Position numbers and translations under genes: made by a program. A stretch of 64,000 nt of DNA from Paramecium tetraurelia (Eukaryota): NCBI GenBank assembly GCA_000165425.1, contig CT868296.1, positions 434,001-498,000 on the forward strand, read 5' to 3'. The notes under the pieces were generated by a model that saw only the letters and a program-made list of their open reading frames with translations, searched no databases and had not been told where the DNA came from. Below are positions 14,280 through 26,196 of this stretch, in pieces (the first letter of the stretch is position 1; every line of letters starts with the position of its first letter).

Positions 14280-15530
14280 TCAAATTTTCATTTCATTAGC
14301 AATAAAATGTTACCATTCACATTTCTTAATGCCTAATTTCAATACCTTTTCGTATAATTCACTAAGCAATACATCCTTATTTGGATGATTAAACGGCATA
14401 TCTAGTTTTCTGCTTACCACTAATTAATAAAATTTTTTTTTATCATCCTAAGCATCTTCAACAATATTGTCAGAAGTTGTCTATCTTGATAATAAGCAAT
14501 TTGTTTTAGGACTTTATATACTATCATTTGAAGAGCCATCTTTATTGAATACCATTATTATTTAAAGCTTTTTTTACTTCTCTTTAGCCAATGATATTAA
14601 TTTTTAAACATTAAAGAAAATATGGCATTTCGATTCCTTAAATGATTTTGAATTTGTAAATGTTTTTAGATTTGTAATCTCTTTTTGCAAGAGATTACTA
14701 TCTTCATTTTGTTAAATAATTTTGAATATTGAGGATTGTATAGATTCCTACTAAGGATCATATTTAATTGATTTAAATATGAGATTTTTTAGTTGTAGGA
14801 TTTTCCCATTTATTTCATCGATTTAGTATTTAATCATTTGTTTAGGGTGATATTAAGATTTTGTTCTTTTTTGTAAAAGTTAAATAATATTTGGATTATC
14901 CTATTTTTAGAGAAGATTTGCATCTAAATTTTTAGAACTATGGTGACATGCTGCTATGAGGGATGTTTCAACTCTTGGAGTATAATTGGTTGATGATCTT
15001 TGCTTCTGAGATTTAGCATCATTTTCTATTTATTTGATTGTAGGTTTATTTTTTGGAGTTAGATCGTTTTTCATCATACTTCTCAATTTGGTATTAATTT
15101 GAGGTTGATTAGTTTGAGTGGGTGTCTTATTATTCTTTGATTAATTATTTGGATTTATTATTTACTGCTTTTTAGGCTGGAATTAAATAGGAGGGTGGTT
15201 TGCGAGAGTTGAGAGAATCTGTTATAAGCGATTCTTATCAAATTTAACGATTGGTCGCTAATTTTTTGTTTGAGCAGGATGATTTATCTAAATGCAATTG
15301 TTATTCTATAGTAAAAGGTTTTATTCATATTTTGAATTATCGAATGGCAATAATATGCTATCATTAAGCTGTTAGGAGGAGTCTGTGATTGATGAAAAAA
15401 TTCGCTCATATTCCTTTGGTAGCTCTTTCTTCAAAATAACATTTGATATAGATTTCTGGAAAGTTCTTCTTTCTTCAACCTGGATATCATTATCAACAGG
15501 TTGGAATATTGGATTCATGAATCCTTTCAT
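14280..15530 (-). CDS. Hypothetical low-complexity protein with a small C-terminal domain
   Basis: MKGFMNPIFQPVDND..., ending DMPFNHPNKDVLLSELYEKVLKLGIKKCEWQHFIANEMKI-TGA. Confidence 0.7.
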
Positions 15531-15724
15531 TTTTAATTATTATTTAATATATCTCAATACTCATAGCGATTATATCATAAATTTTAATTATGAGTTTCAT
15601 AATTATGTTTGTGAAAGTAATACCATAATATTTAAATTTAATGATTTGATATAACTGTCAACTGTATTATTGAGATGGAGTTGATTAACAATAAATAATA
15701 AAATTATATATATATATAGATAAT

Positions 15725-17022
15725 TCAGTTAAGTTTTTTATGTAATCTAGTTTAGAAACATTTTATTTTTTGCTTGAGGTCATAGTTTTCTTAACTTAAT
15801 AATATAACTTATTCCTAATATTTGTCAGCTTTCTCACATTATAATTATTTTGAAACCAAATAATCACTCTCCAACATCTAAACATATTCTTTAAGGTTCC
15901 TCTGATTAAACTACTATTTCCTTATAATTTTGAGTTGATTTTATAAAAGTTGTAATTATGCTTTTTGCTCCTTTAACTATTTAGTTGATGATCGAAGACA
16001 ATCTTCATATTAGATGCACAATTCTGACTTTTCATCTAATGCTTTCCTTAGATTAGCAGTCACATCTTTATCCTCATAACTATCTTCCAATAATTCAAAG
16101 GCTGTTATATTGGTATCTTCTCTTTAATTCTAATCAGTTGAATGAGCTGTCCATTATAATTGGTAATTTTCAGAAAGGACCTTGTCTTTACATTCATTTT
16201 GTGTTTCCAACTAATCTTTCAATTCCTTAATTTGATTAAGTAGATCTTTGTTATTTTATGCTAATTTATTATTTTGAAGTTTTAGCGCTGATCCCTATTT
16301 TGATATTTAACTTATTTGGATATTTTATTTCTTTTATAAATTGAAATGAATACATTAATTTTAATTTCTATTGTATTTTTCTCCTTCTAAAAATGTTCTT
16401 TCATTAATTCCATTTACCTCTACATTTTGATTAACTGTTAGTTTAGTTCTTGGCTTTCGTCTATTAACTATTAATTAATATTTGTTAACTAATTGATAGT
16501 GTTCCTATCGAACATCGATTAATTCTCTTTCATTTCCAACTAGAATAACAGAATTTTATACTTCTCTATCAAGCGAATATACTTTTTCTTCTAAATAATG
16601 CAGGGTTTCTAAGATTTCTATTTTCTCTTATTGCCCATCATTACTACTTTGTTGGATTTGATCTAATAAGTAAGTGTTCCACTTTCTTTCCTATTCTTAT
16701 AATTGCTCAAAATGTTTCATCTAGATTGCGTCAATCCTTTAATTTAAATCATTGATGTGACTATGTTCAATCAGATTACTTACTTTTTGAGTTGCATAAT
16801 TTCATCATCTTTATTATGCTGTTTAGATCCATGATTGGCCTGAATCATGGCTTCTAACTATTATATTTTCTCATCTTTCTCCATTATTATATCAATCGCA
16901 CTCTTCTCAAGATCTTAAATCTATGACTACAATTAAGAAATGAATTATTTCATGTTCCTTAACATTTAACTTTTCTAATCCTAATCTAAATGCTCAAATT
17001 CTTCTATATATTTGTTATCCAT
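15725..17022 (-). CDS. Coiled-coil hypothetical protein
   Basis: MDNKYIEEFEHLDQD...; Gln/Glu/Lys heptad-rich; micro-introns; ends ...RLHKKLN-TGA. Confidence 0.7.
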
Positions 17023-17895
17023 AATAATTATTATTAAAATGAGGCTTTATTTACAAATTTAGTGTTTCCTCTCTTCTACCAATCTAAAATAACTGAATAA
17101 TGTGAAATTAGTCAATCATTAACCATGAATACTCAGGCATCCAAGTTTCTGACTAGAGTCAGTTAAGATTTATATTTCATATCCATTTTGCATAATTATT
17201 ACAAATTAATATTCAAATGACTAGCCTCTGAGTCATTAATATTTAAAGGCACACTAAATAACTGCCATGAAATATATAGAAGTTTAAAAAGATATTAAAA
17301 AAGACTAAAAAATGGAGTTTATTAAATTTTTTTAAAGATATACTCATAAGAGATGTATAATACGAGTCCTACAACATAAAAAAATATAATATTTGATAAC
17401 TGTATATTTATGAGGCGTTTTAATTTTAAATACATAAAAAAATGAATGACAATATTTATTTAATTGAGGAATATCCCCTATATTTAAATTTATCTAATTA
17501 AAACTTGATGGTTTTCTCCCAATTTATAAACAATATGAAATATAGTCCAAGTATTTATTTTTCCATTTCTATTATTATATTTATTTTTAATTTAATGAAG
17601 TTGATTTTATTAACCTTTTTGTTATAACTTAAATTTATTCTACAGTGAGAACAACGTTCAATAATTAAGTTAACAAGTACTCTCATATATTTCATACTTT
17701 TCTTTATTTTTTAACTTTTTAACTGATAACTAACTGCTGAGATTTGAAACAAGAATACTCAAATAAGTAGAACTAAATGATTGAGTTATCTACATTTCAG
17801 AATTTCGAATCAGGAGAAAGCCAAATCTTGGAAATGAAGGAAATGAGAAATAATCAATTGATAGTGCAAATTTGATTGATTATTTTATTTGAATT

Positions 17896-18567
17896 ATGGG
17901 TTGTTGTATTAGTACTCCTTATGTCTATCCTGATGGAGGAGTATACGATGGTGAAATCAAAAATGGTCTTCCTGTATAGTATCTCTTTAAATCTAGCACG
18001 GAAAAGGTAAAATATAGTGGAAAAATGGANNNNNNNNNNNNNNNNNNNNNNNNNNNNNNNNNNNNNNNNNNNNNNNNNNNNNNNNNNNNNNNNNNNNNNN
18101 NNNNNNNNNNNNNNNNNNNNNNNNNNNNNNNNNNNNNNNNNNNNNNNNNNNNNNNNNNNNNNNNNNNNNNNNNNNNNNNTAGGCTGGTAAGAAGACTGGA
18201 AAAGGAATATTTAAATGGATTGATTCTTCATATTATGATGGAGAATTTTTAAATGAAAATTTTCATGGTTACGGAGAATACTAATGGTACGGAGGAAGAC
18301 TTTACAAAGGATAATGGGTTGAAGGAAAAATGGAAGGGTAGGGAATGTTAATTGATGATGGCAAATAATATCAAGGTATTAGGCTGAATATATTTATAAG
18401 GCTAATTCAAAAATGACAAAAAGGAAGGACAAGGTGAAATGACATGGTCGAATGGGTAAAAATACATTGGCGAATGGAAGAATGGAAAACAACATGGTAA
18501 AGGAAAATTAATTGATACAAATGGCCACGTCACAGAAGGTTAATGGGTTAAAGGCAAAAAATAATGA
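17896..18567 (+). CDS. MORN-repeat protein with N-terminal MGCC acylation motif (spans assembly gap)
   Basis: MGCCISTPYVYPDGGVYDGEIKNGLP|HGKGKIQW... repeated YxGxWxxGxxxGxG units; TGA 18565-18567. Confidence 0.9.
18030..18179. other. Assembly gap (150 N)
   Basis: Run of N inside the MORN gene. Confidence 1.
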
Positions 18568-19435
18568 ATTATATATATTTAGCTATTTTCAAATGTTTCT
18601 GTTTAAATTCTTTTAATAGAACCAAATTTTATTATGTATTGTGATTTATTGCCCAATATCCAAATATTTAATATCTCATTATCAAACAAGTTTCTAAAAG
18701 TCTAATAATAAAATATGAATGAAGTAGAAAATAATGATTATTCAAATTTTAATTAATTATACTTTCAAATTTATTTTAAGCAATCTTCTTTTAGTACTTA
18801 AAATAAGTATTTGAAGAAGTGTTTTATAATTTAATAGATCTTAATAATGAAATATTTTGAAAATCGTATAGTTACCTCTCTGTATTCACTCTTTAATAGA
18901 TGCGATTATTTCAGAATTAATAGTATTGAAAATATTACACAAATCCTAATGTTTTTTAACTATTTTGACTCTTTGATAATTGTAGTATATTAGTTCTTGG
19001 AATTTTATAAATAATATTAAATTAAAAACACTTAGCACAATATGTAACAATTTTTAATAATATTCTGCGAATTTCTAGGTAGGGATGCTAAAATAAGAAG
19101 TCTATGAATATCATAGAATATTTATATCCTATATTTATTAAGAAATCTCTCAATATTAATTAGTCAGCACCAAATGTTCTTTTACAAATTTTCTTATTCT
19201 TAAACTTAGTTTATATTATTTGTAAATATTTAGATCTTAAGTTGAATTTCATTTATACTAAATTTAATACTATTAAAATGAATTTATTCACCAAATTCAT
19301 TTAAATGAAATTATGCTATTGAAACGAACTTAAAGAAAAAGGACCGAGTAGGATTTAGACTACATTTTTTCAGAACCTCACTTCTGCTATTTTTCATCTA
19401 TAGTTAGTGTATGATGAATATATTAAAAATTATAA

Positions 19436-19950
19436 TCATTCACATTCGCTCCAGTTCTATTAAGTATATCGCTCGTTAAAAGCTAGGGCTTTTCGGTTAT
19501 CACTTGATCTAGCAGTGCTTAAGAGAAACCCTTTAGAGCAGGTAGTTACATCTGTATCTCTTTGTTATAATTTTTTGACATCTTACTTTCTTAAATTGAT
19601 CATGAATGTCTTTTTTGGTAATTACATTTTAGCAGGCCTTTTTCCCTTAAATTTACTGTGGCTTCCATTTGATTTATCATCTGAAAAATTGTTATAACTC
19701 TTGGGAGAATATTCTTCGCCAGAGTAATTGTGAAAATTTTCTAAAAGTCGGAACTCATCTCTGTCTTCAAGATATTAATTCATAGCGATCTCAATTCTTT
19801 CATCTCTTAAAATCACAAGGTCTATTGTTAAGTTCAGTATTAACAAATACCTTTTAATTTTCCTTTCTATTCTTCGTTTATCTGATTTTTCTGACAAAGC
19901 ATATAGATTTTGTAAAATAGCTTTCCTTCAAAGCTGTCAATCCTTTCCAT
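19436..19950 (-). CDS. Small hypothetical protein
   Basis: MERIDSFEGKLFYKIYMLCQKNQINEEQKGKLK|DLVILRDERIEIAM...; one intron; ends NWSECE-TGA. Confidence 0.75.
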
Positions 19951-20833
19951 TTAATTATATTATTATTATTAAAAATATACAATTTATTCACAAATATTCC
20001 TAGAATGTAACATATTACAAGAATCTTAATTGGAAATGACTACAAAGAATAAATTTTATTAAGAAAAAAACAAATAATATAATATGTAATAAATTTTGAC
20101 ATGATAGTTTATCGTCATTTAGAATTTAAAATGTCTAAATTAAAGGCAATTTTACTATTGCACTATATTAGACTCGATATTCTGACATAGGCAATTGTTT
20201 ATTGTGTTTGATTCTAATTTAAGGCATTTATATTCAAATAGGATATGATTCTAAAGTTATTATGAACCATTAAAGATTCTATATAGGGAGATAGACTGCC
20301 CGAAATTAATAATTTGCAGAAATTTTTCAAAAAATCAATAAAAACAAATATGTCGCTTTAAAAAATATGAAAAATCTAGAATGCACCAAATAAATTAATT
20401 GAATATTTCTTATTAAAATCGATTTTGGATATTTAAAAGCTAACAAAATAAATATTGGTACTTAATAAAGAGTATCTATGATTACTTTTTAGGTATAAAA
20501 TAACATTATTCTGTATAACTAATATCTTTATATAAAATGTATTATAATTGTTGTAATGATATTCTAGGAGTCTCAAATTAAGTTATATTGTTCGTTTCTA
20601 ACATAAAATTAATTTTTATAGATCATATATATTTATATAAGTAAATATCGATGTTATAATAGTTCTATACAACCAAAATAGTTTAACAAAATAAAATTCT
20701 TTATTAAATTAAATCTAAGAGAATAGATCTTATTTAATTTAAAAAGGGATTGAAATAATATAAAGGATTTTTTATTAATAATTGTATTCTAATGCTGTGT
20801 CTATATGAATATATAATTAGCCTATACAATTTA

Positions 20834-21422
20834 TCATTTTCTATAAAACGGAGTTGAAAGCTTTCTTATTCTTTTATATGGATCTTCAGATTTCTTGGGA
20901 ATATTTAATCTTCTAATCAAATCGGTTTACTGAGTAGCTATTTATTGGGTTTTTAAGTATTATTTAAAAGACTGTGCGCTTGGAGTTTAAGCCAATCTAA
21001 AGCAATCCTATTAAGGTATTGGAGGACAAGGTTCATAATCTCTTAGAGATGTGAAGAAGTTAGTTCTTCTTTGGAATTTTTTGGATGATGGAGCTAATCC
21101 TCCTTCATCAGCACTAGAATATCAGAAATGAGGATTACATTACATAATTGTCTCTTCCTGATCCATCACTTTAATAATGTCTAAATTTGGGGATCATGGT
21201 TGGAGCAGGAGGTTTCCATTATTTTTGTTTGCTAAAAGTTCCCAATTCAGGATGTACACACTGGATTTAAATTTCTTTCCAAACTCCTCCATTTTATAAT
21301 GTCACATAGGAATCCCTGCCTAATAGGTGGTATCAATAGGATTTACCAGTTCCATCAGGGGCATAGTGTGTCATTTTGGCTTCAAGGGCTCCTGCAGTTG
21401 CACATCTTTGTAATTTTGACAT
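20834..21422 (-). CDS. Small basic protein with two YxxDGxGRDxY repeats (candidate ciliary microtubule-associated protein)
   Basis: HYAPDGTGRDSYVTLQNGG and HYQSDGSGRDNYVIADEGG; C-terminal RLNIPKK / RKLSTP motifs; two introns. Confidence 0.75.
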
Positions 21423-21530
21423 TGTAGTATATTAATATTAATAATGTGTATTATATTAAGTTATTGTCATAATACGATAAAACTAATCCGATTCCACGAG
21501 ATTATTATTAAAATAAAAATAATATTATTA

Positions 21531-23319
21531 ATGAGATATGCAGATAATGGTTAAAGTGAATTCGTTTTAGGCATAGCCTTTTTGGTTTTAGGAATGATTT
21601 ACACAACAATCTTTTTTTTCGGAGTGATCAGATATTGCAAGATGGGGAAGAAAACAAAATACTTGGGAAAAATATTTTATCTCTCAATCGTACTTTCTTG
21701 TTTAGCCTATATGTTGAATATGGCTTTATACTTATATGACGTACAATTACAAATGTAAAATAGATTTTCGAATAAAAGGCTGATAATTATATTTTGAGCA
21801 TTGAAAAATAGCTGTTAAACACAATATACGTTCCTGATGGATTATTTTGGATCGTCTATTAATCCTTATTTTGGACAGTCGTTTGTTTGCATTACGATTC
21901 ACATTTGCATATTGGATAATTGGATGAACTTCCATACAATCCCAATATGTTGATTCATTTGATGAAAGACATCTTTATAATATATGGAATAGCATAATTA
22001 ATTGTGGTGTTGCTCTATAACTTCGATTACGCAAAGGCAGAGATGTTGTTTTATATAAATATAGTCATTAATCTATCCATACCAGTCTAATTTATCATAA
22101 CATCCCTATATTTGCAATATAAGTATTCAGGCTCCCCATTTAAGTCATCAAAATAGGAAAATATTTCAAATAGACTCTAAAAATTAATATTTTATTGGAC
22201 AATTCTTAGAGTCATCCAAATAATAAGCAATTTTTTGTTAATGGAAAACTTGGAAATGATAAGGAAGTTCTTTTCATCTGAATTGAGTTAAAACTAATTG
22301 TTACTCTACATATCATTATTGATAATAGATTTATTGTTGGCAAACATTTTCCCATTTATCTTGGCTTTGAGACAGTAAACATTTTCAATATTTTTGGGCA
22401 AGAAGAATGCTACTTTGAGTACTATTTCAGAACATCCTATGCGCTAAGAATTTTTAAATAATGACAGCTCAGTTATGGAAAGGAAATAAATTCAATTTGA
22501 TTACAATGAGGTACTGAAATCGATTGCTAGTCCATAAACAAAAAAGTCTAAGCCTAATGGATTTGGGTATATTCTTGTTTGTCAAATCTAATAAAAAAGT
22601 TTTGGGATGAGAATAGTTGAATTCAAACAGTTATAGCCTTACTTGGTTGAATAAGTAAAGTAAGAAATAGAGCAAGTGAATTCATTAAATCATTAATATC
22701 TTTATCATATTCATGGGGTTAACATAGTCGATAACAAGGTGGTGTATCTAACCAAATTTTATTAATATTCATTACACAATTATTTAGTTTAAAATTAGAT
22801 TTCAGTAGAAGAAAAGATTGAGATCTTAATTTAATTGTTACGTGGCATTAGTTACCTTCATAAATAACGATTTTGCCATGGAAGTTTAACTACAGAAAAC
22901 GTTATGATCAAATCAAATAAAAGAGTGAAAATAAGTAAATATCAGATATCTATTTTCTAGTTGATTTCGGCCTGTTTGGAATAAAAAAATATTAGTCACT
23001 ATTACAGAGCTATACCAATAAAAATGGATTCACTGCTCCAGAATTGATAATGCAAAGAGGTCAGATTGTAAGTGGATCTTAAGAAGGAGACATATACAGT
23101 GTTGGTATGATAATGTATGAGATGTTTGAAAAGAAAGTGCCATTCGAAGGATTACAACTATAAAACATATAGGATTGTCTGAATAAAGCTGTAAGACCCA
23201 AGATTGAATCTAAATCCTTGATGGATGATATAATCAGGTGGTGTTGGCAATAAGATTTTGAGAAGAGACCAAAAGTTGATTAGTTATTAAATGTAATTGA
23301 AAATATATAAATAAAATGA
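21531..23319 (+). CDS. 7-TM receptor-like protein fused to a C-terminal TKL-like pseudokinase, 579 aa
   Basis: Seven hydrophobic helices, then a kinase fold: NGFG, FGMR (in place of VAIK), YLHKQRFCHGSLTTENV (in place of HRDLKxxN), DFG, FTAPE, DIYSVG, WCWQQDFEKRP. Introns 21741-21763 and 22935-22960. Confidence 0.85.
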
Positions 23320-25311
23320 GTGGTACAATAGTTGTGGGGTCAAATATTTATGAGACTGAATTTTTGGATGAAATCTTCATCCATTATGGCAATAAAACTG
23401 CCGACACTATCAGCTTTAAAGATGGACTGATTATTAGTCCTAAGAAATTGGAGTTGCCTGAATATAAAATTAATAGATCTGAGTAAGGAGAAGTCATCAT
23501 GGCCATTCTTAAGGAAGCCATGAATCTGTTAGAATATTCAAAGCTATCAGATTTGGGAATAATCAATATGTTTGAATTACAATATGTAAATCAATTGAAA
23601 TCATATCCATCTCTAAGATTTCAATTTATGGATAAAGAATAACCATCAATATTAATGGATGTTCGTAAATCCTATTTTACAGTGCATAATTGTTATCAAA
23701 TAATTAAAACTTTAAATACAGAGCCATCTGCATATTTTAAGAATAAATTTGTTTTATTGAGGTACCCAGAAAAAAAAATGATTGTTCAAATAAAATCTGT
23801 AGTGGTTGATTAAGAGTTCACATATAAAGGTGTATCTTTAGAAGACTACTTTAAATAAAAATATTAATTAAAGAGCAAATCAAGTGTCTATTTAGAAACT
23901 TACAATACTCAGAATATTAAGAAATAATTCTTAATTGCAGAGTTTTGTGATTTGAAAATAGATTACATTGAATAAGATGCTACTGTTTATTGTCAACAAT
24001 TAGAATATTGGAATAAAATTATTAACAATAGTTCATCATTTATTAAATTCTTAAACTAGTATAAATTAATAATCAGAAATGAATAAGTTGAATTCAAATA
24101 ATAATACTTAGAACCTGGAAATTTGGTATTAAATAATCAAACTAAATCAATATTTTAAATAGTGGCATCCAGAACATCAAGTGAATTTGAATACTATTAT
24201 ACAGACTTTTTCCTTAAGAATGCATCTACATTCACAACATCCTTAACCATCAATAAATTAATTATATTAGTAACTAGAGAAATCACTGAACTGAAAGACA
24301 ATTTTAATATTTTTTTAGAGAAATTTGATTTATTTATCAAATCTAGATAATACAAAATATCATAACCAGAGATTTATGATATAAATAATAATTTGAATGA
24401 AATTTTAGAAAAATATGTCACAGAAGACTCTTATGTACTTTTTGTTGGAGATCAAAAGACAGATTTTACATCAGCAAGAAATACTTTGTTATCCAAGGCC
24501 ATTCCTAATTAATTAATAAACCTCCCCATCCAAGACCAAGAGATCAATAGATTATTAGCTATAATGACTGCTAATCTTGGTAGTGTCCCTTGGTCTATTA
24601 AAGAAATTAATGGATAGATCAATAATAAAAAGAGTGCTGTCCTAGGTATTTGGAAAAGTGACAATTCCTTTTCTGCATGTCTCAGCATTAATAAATACCT
24701 CAACAAATATATATCCTCATTCGGAGATTTAGATTAAATTCTGACACTTCTTTTGTCTACTTATTATGGCACACACAAAACTTTAGCAAATTAAATCATC
24801 ATATTTGCTGAGGAAGATTACACAGATATTATGGAACAAAGAATTCAAGGACTCATTTAATTAATACAAGACCAAGGATTAGCAGAATCTACCTAAAAAC
24901 CTGAAATTGTTATGGTTTAAGTAAAGGATGCCAGCGAAGAAAGATACTTCACTTATTTCGAGAGGAATTTGTAAAATTATATTATACCTATCTTATTTTA
25001 GTGAATCTTACTATTGCAAAAACCCTTAAGTAGGTTGTATAGTTCCTATCAATGAAAAATAGGGTAGATTTTCATTCCATTCTTAGAGAGGAGAGTAAGG
25101 ATGTTTACAAGCTCAATAATTATAAATTAGTTCATCCAACAGAAGAGAAATAGCCTAATTATACTATCATTTGATTTTCTTAAATTTCGATTTGAGTTCT
25201 ATCACTTATTTACCAGCGCCACTTCATTATGCAAAAAAATTGTCTAAACATCAACTTTAGAGTGAACAGTACAAAAAAGCAATAGAAAAAGGACATATGT
25301 TATTTGTTTGA
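23316..25311 (+). CDS. Divergent PIWI/Argonaute-family protein, 654 aa, catalytic tetrad absent
   Basis: PAZ-like SLEDYFKQKY...LIAEFC; MID-like IPNQ...ANLGSVPW; PIWI-like RYF...NPQVGCIV...FHSQRGEQG...LPAPLHYAKKL; C-terminal MLFV. One 31-nt intron 24971-25001. Confidence 0.85.
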
Positions 25312-25415
25312 GTATGATTATACCATAATCTTTTAAATAAAATTATTTCCATTATGAATCAGAAAATTGAATACTAGGTATCACTAATATTTTATTATTG
25401 TTCATTATTATAAAC

Positions 25416-25728
25416 TCACAATTGACTCACAGCATTTGGAACTGTTCTTTAATAAAGCAAGACTTATTTTGAATAGAAATCTGGTACTGCTTGATATTCA
25501 ACTTTTTGCTATTAAATATTTTAATCTACATTTTACTCTCTTATATAAATATGGGAATGTAATTCCATTGAATGTGTTTAAGTAGATTACCAAAGTTCCA
25601 CCGACCAACAATCCCAAGTATGCTTGAATTCCTACTCTGGCTCCATAATAAACTGGATTTAATGAAAACTTTAATGACTTTGGAAAATGTTTGCTCAATT
25701 GCTCAAACTTACTGTTGTCCATGGCCAT
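25416..25728 (-). CDS. Small single-pass membrane protein (about 94 aa), possibly mitochondrial
   Basis: MAMDNSKFEQL...AYLGLLVGGTLVIYLNTF...YKR|QKVEYQAVPDFYSKQ...VSQL-TGA; one intron. Confidence 0.75.
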
Positions 25729-26196
25729 TTTTATTTATTTTAAAATTATATATATAATTTCTAAATTTATATTTATTTATAATTCTTTATTCAATAATAT
25801 AATAGATGTATACTTTTCTAAAAATTTATTATTTCAAATGATCTATCAAGTGATTTATCCATCTAAATTAAATTTCAATGAAAATTTGTAAATAGAGTAG
25901 AATCTATACATACGAGAATGAAATCTAAAGTTGTGATAATACAGACTAAAGTATTGTTGATAATTGGTTTAAGAAACATTATAGAGTTAATATATAAAAT
26001 GTGAGGTTTATTACTGTTAGAATACTGTAAGCTGATTAAATAATATATATATCAATATAAAATTATTTAGGTATATTTATAAAAATTAATATTAAATTTC
26101 AATTAGAATATGATTATATCCATCAAGCATGTTTGTAACTAATGAATTTATTTTATAATTTTTATCCTATATTAATCATAAATAAAAATTAAAAGA

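Noticed and set aside
23283..23320. A 38-nt GTT..GAG intron that would fuse the pseudokinase and PIWI frames
   Set aside because: It is longer than the introns seen here (up to 31 nt) and has an atypical GAG acceptor. The better donor at 23293 does not give the PIWI frame. It would need junction reads.
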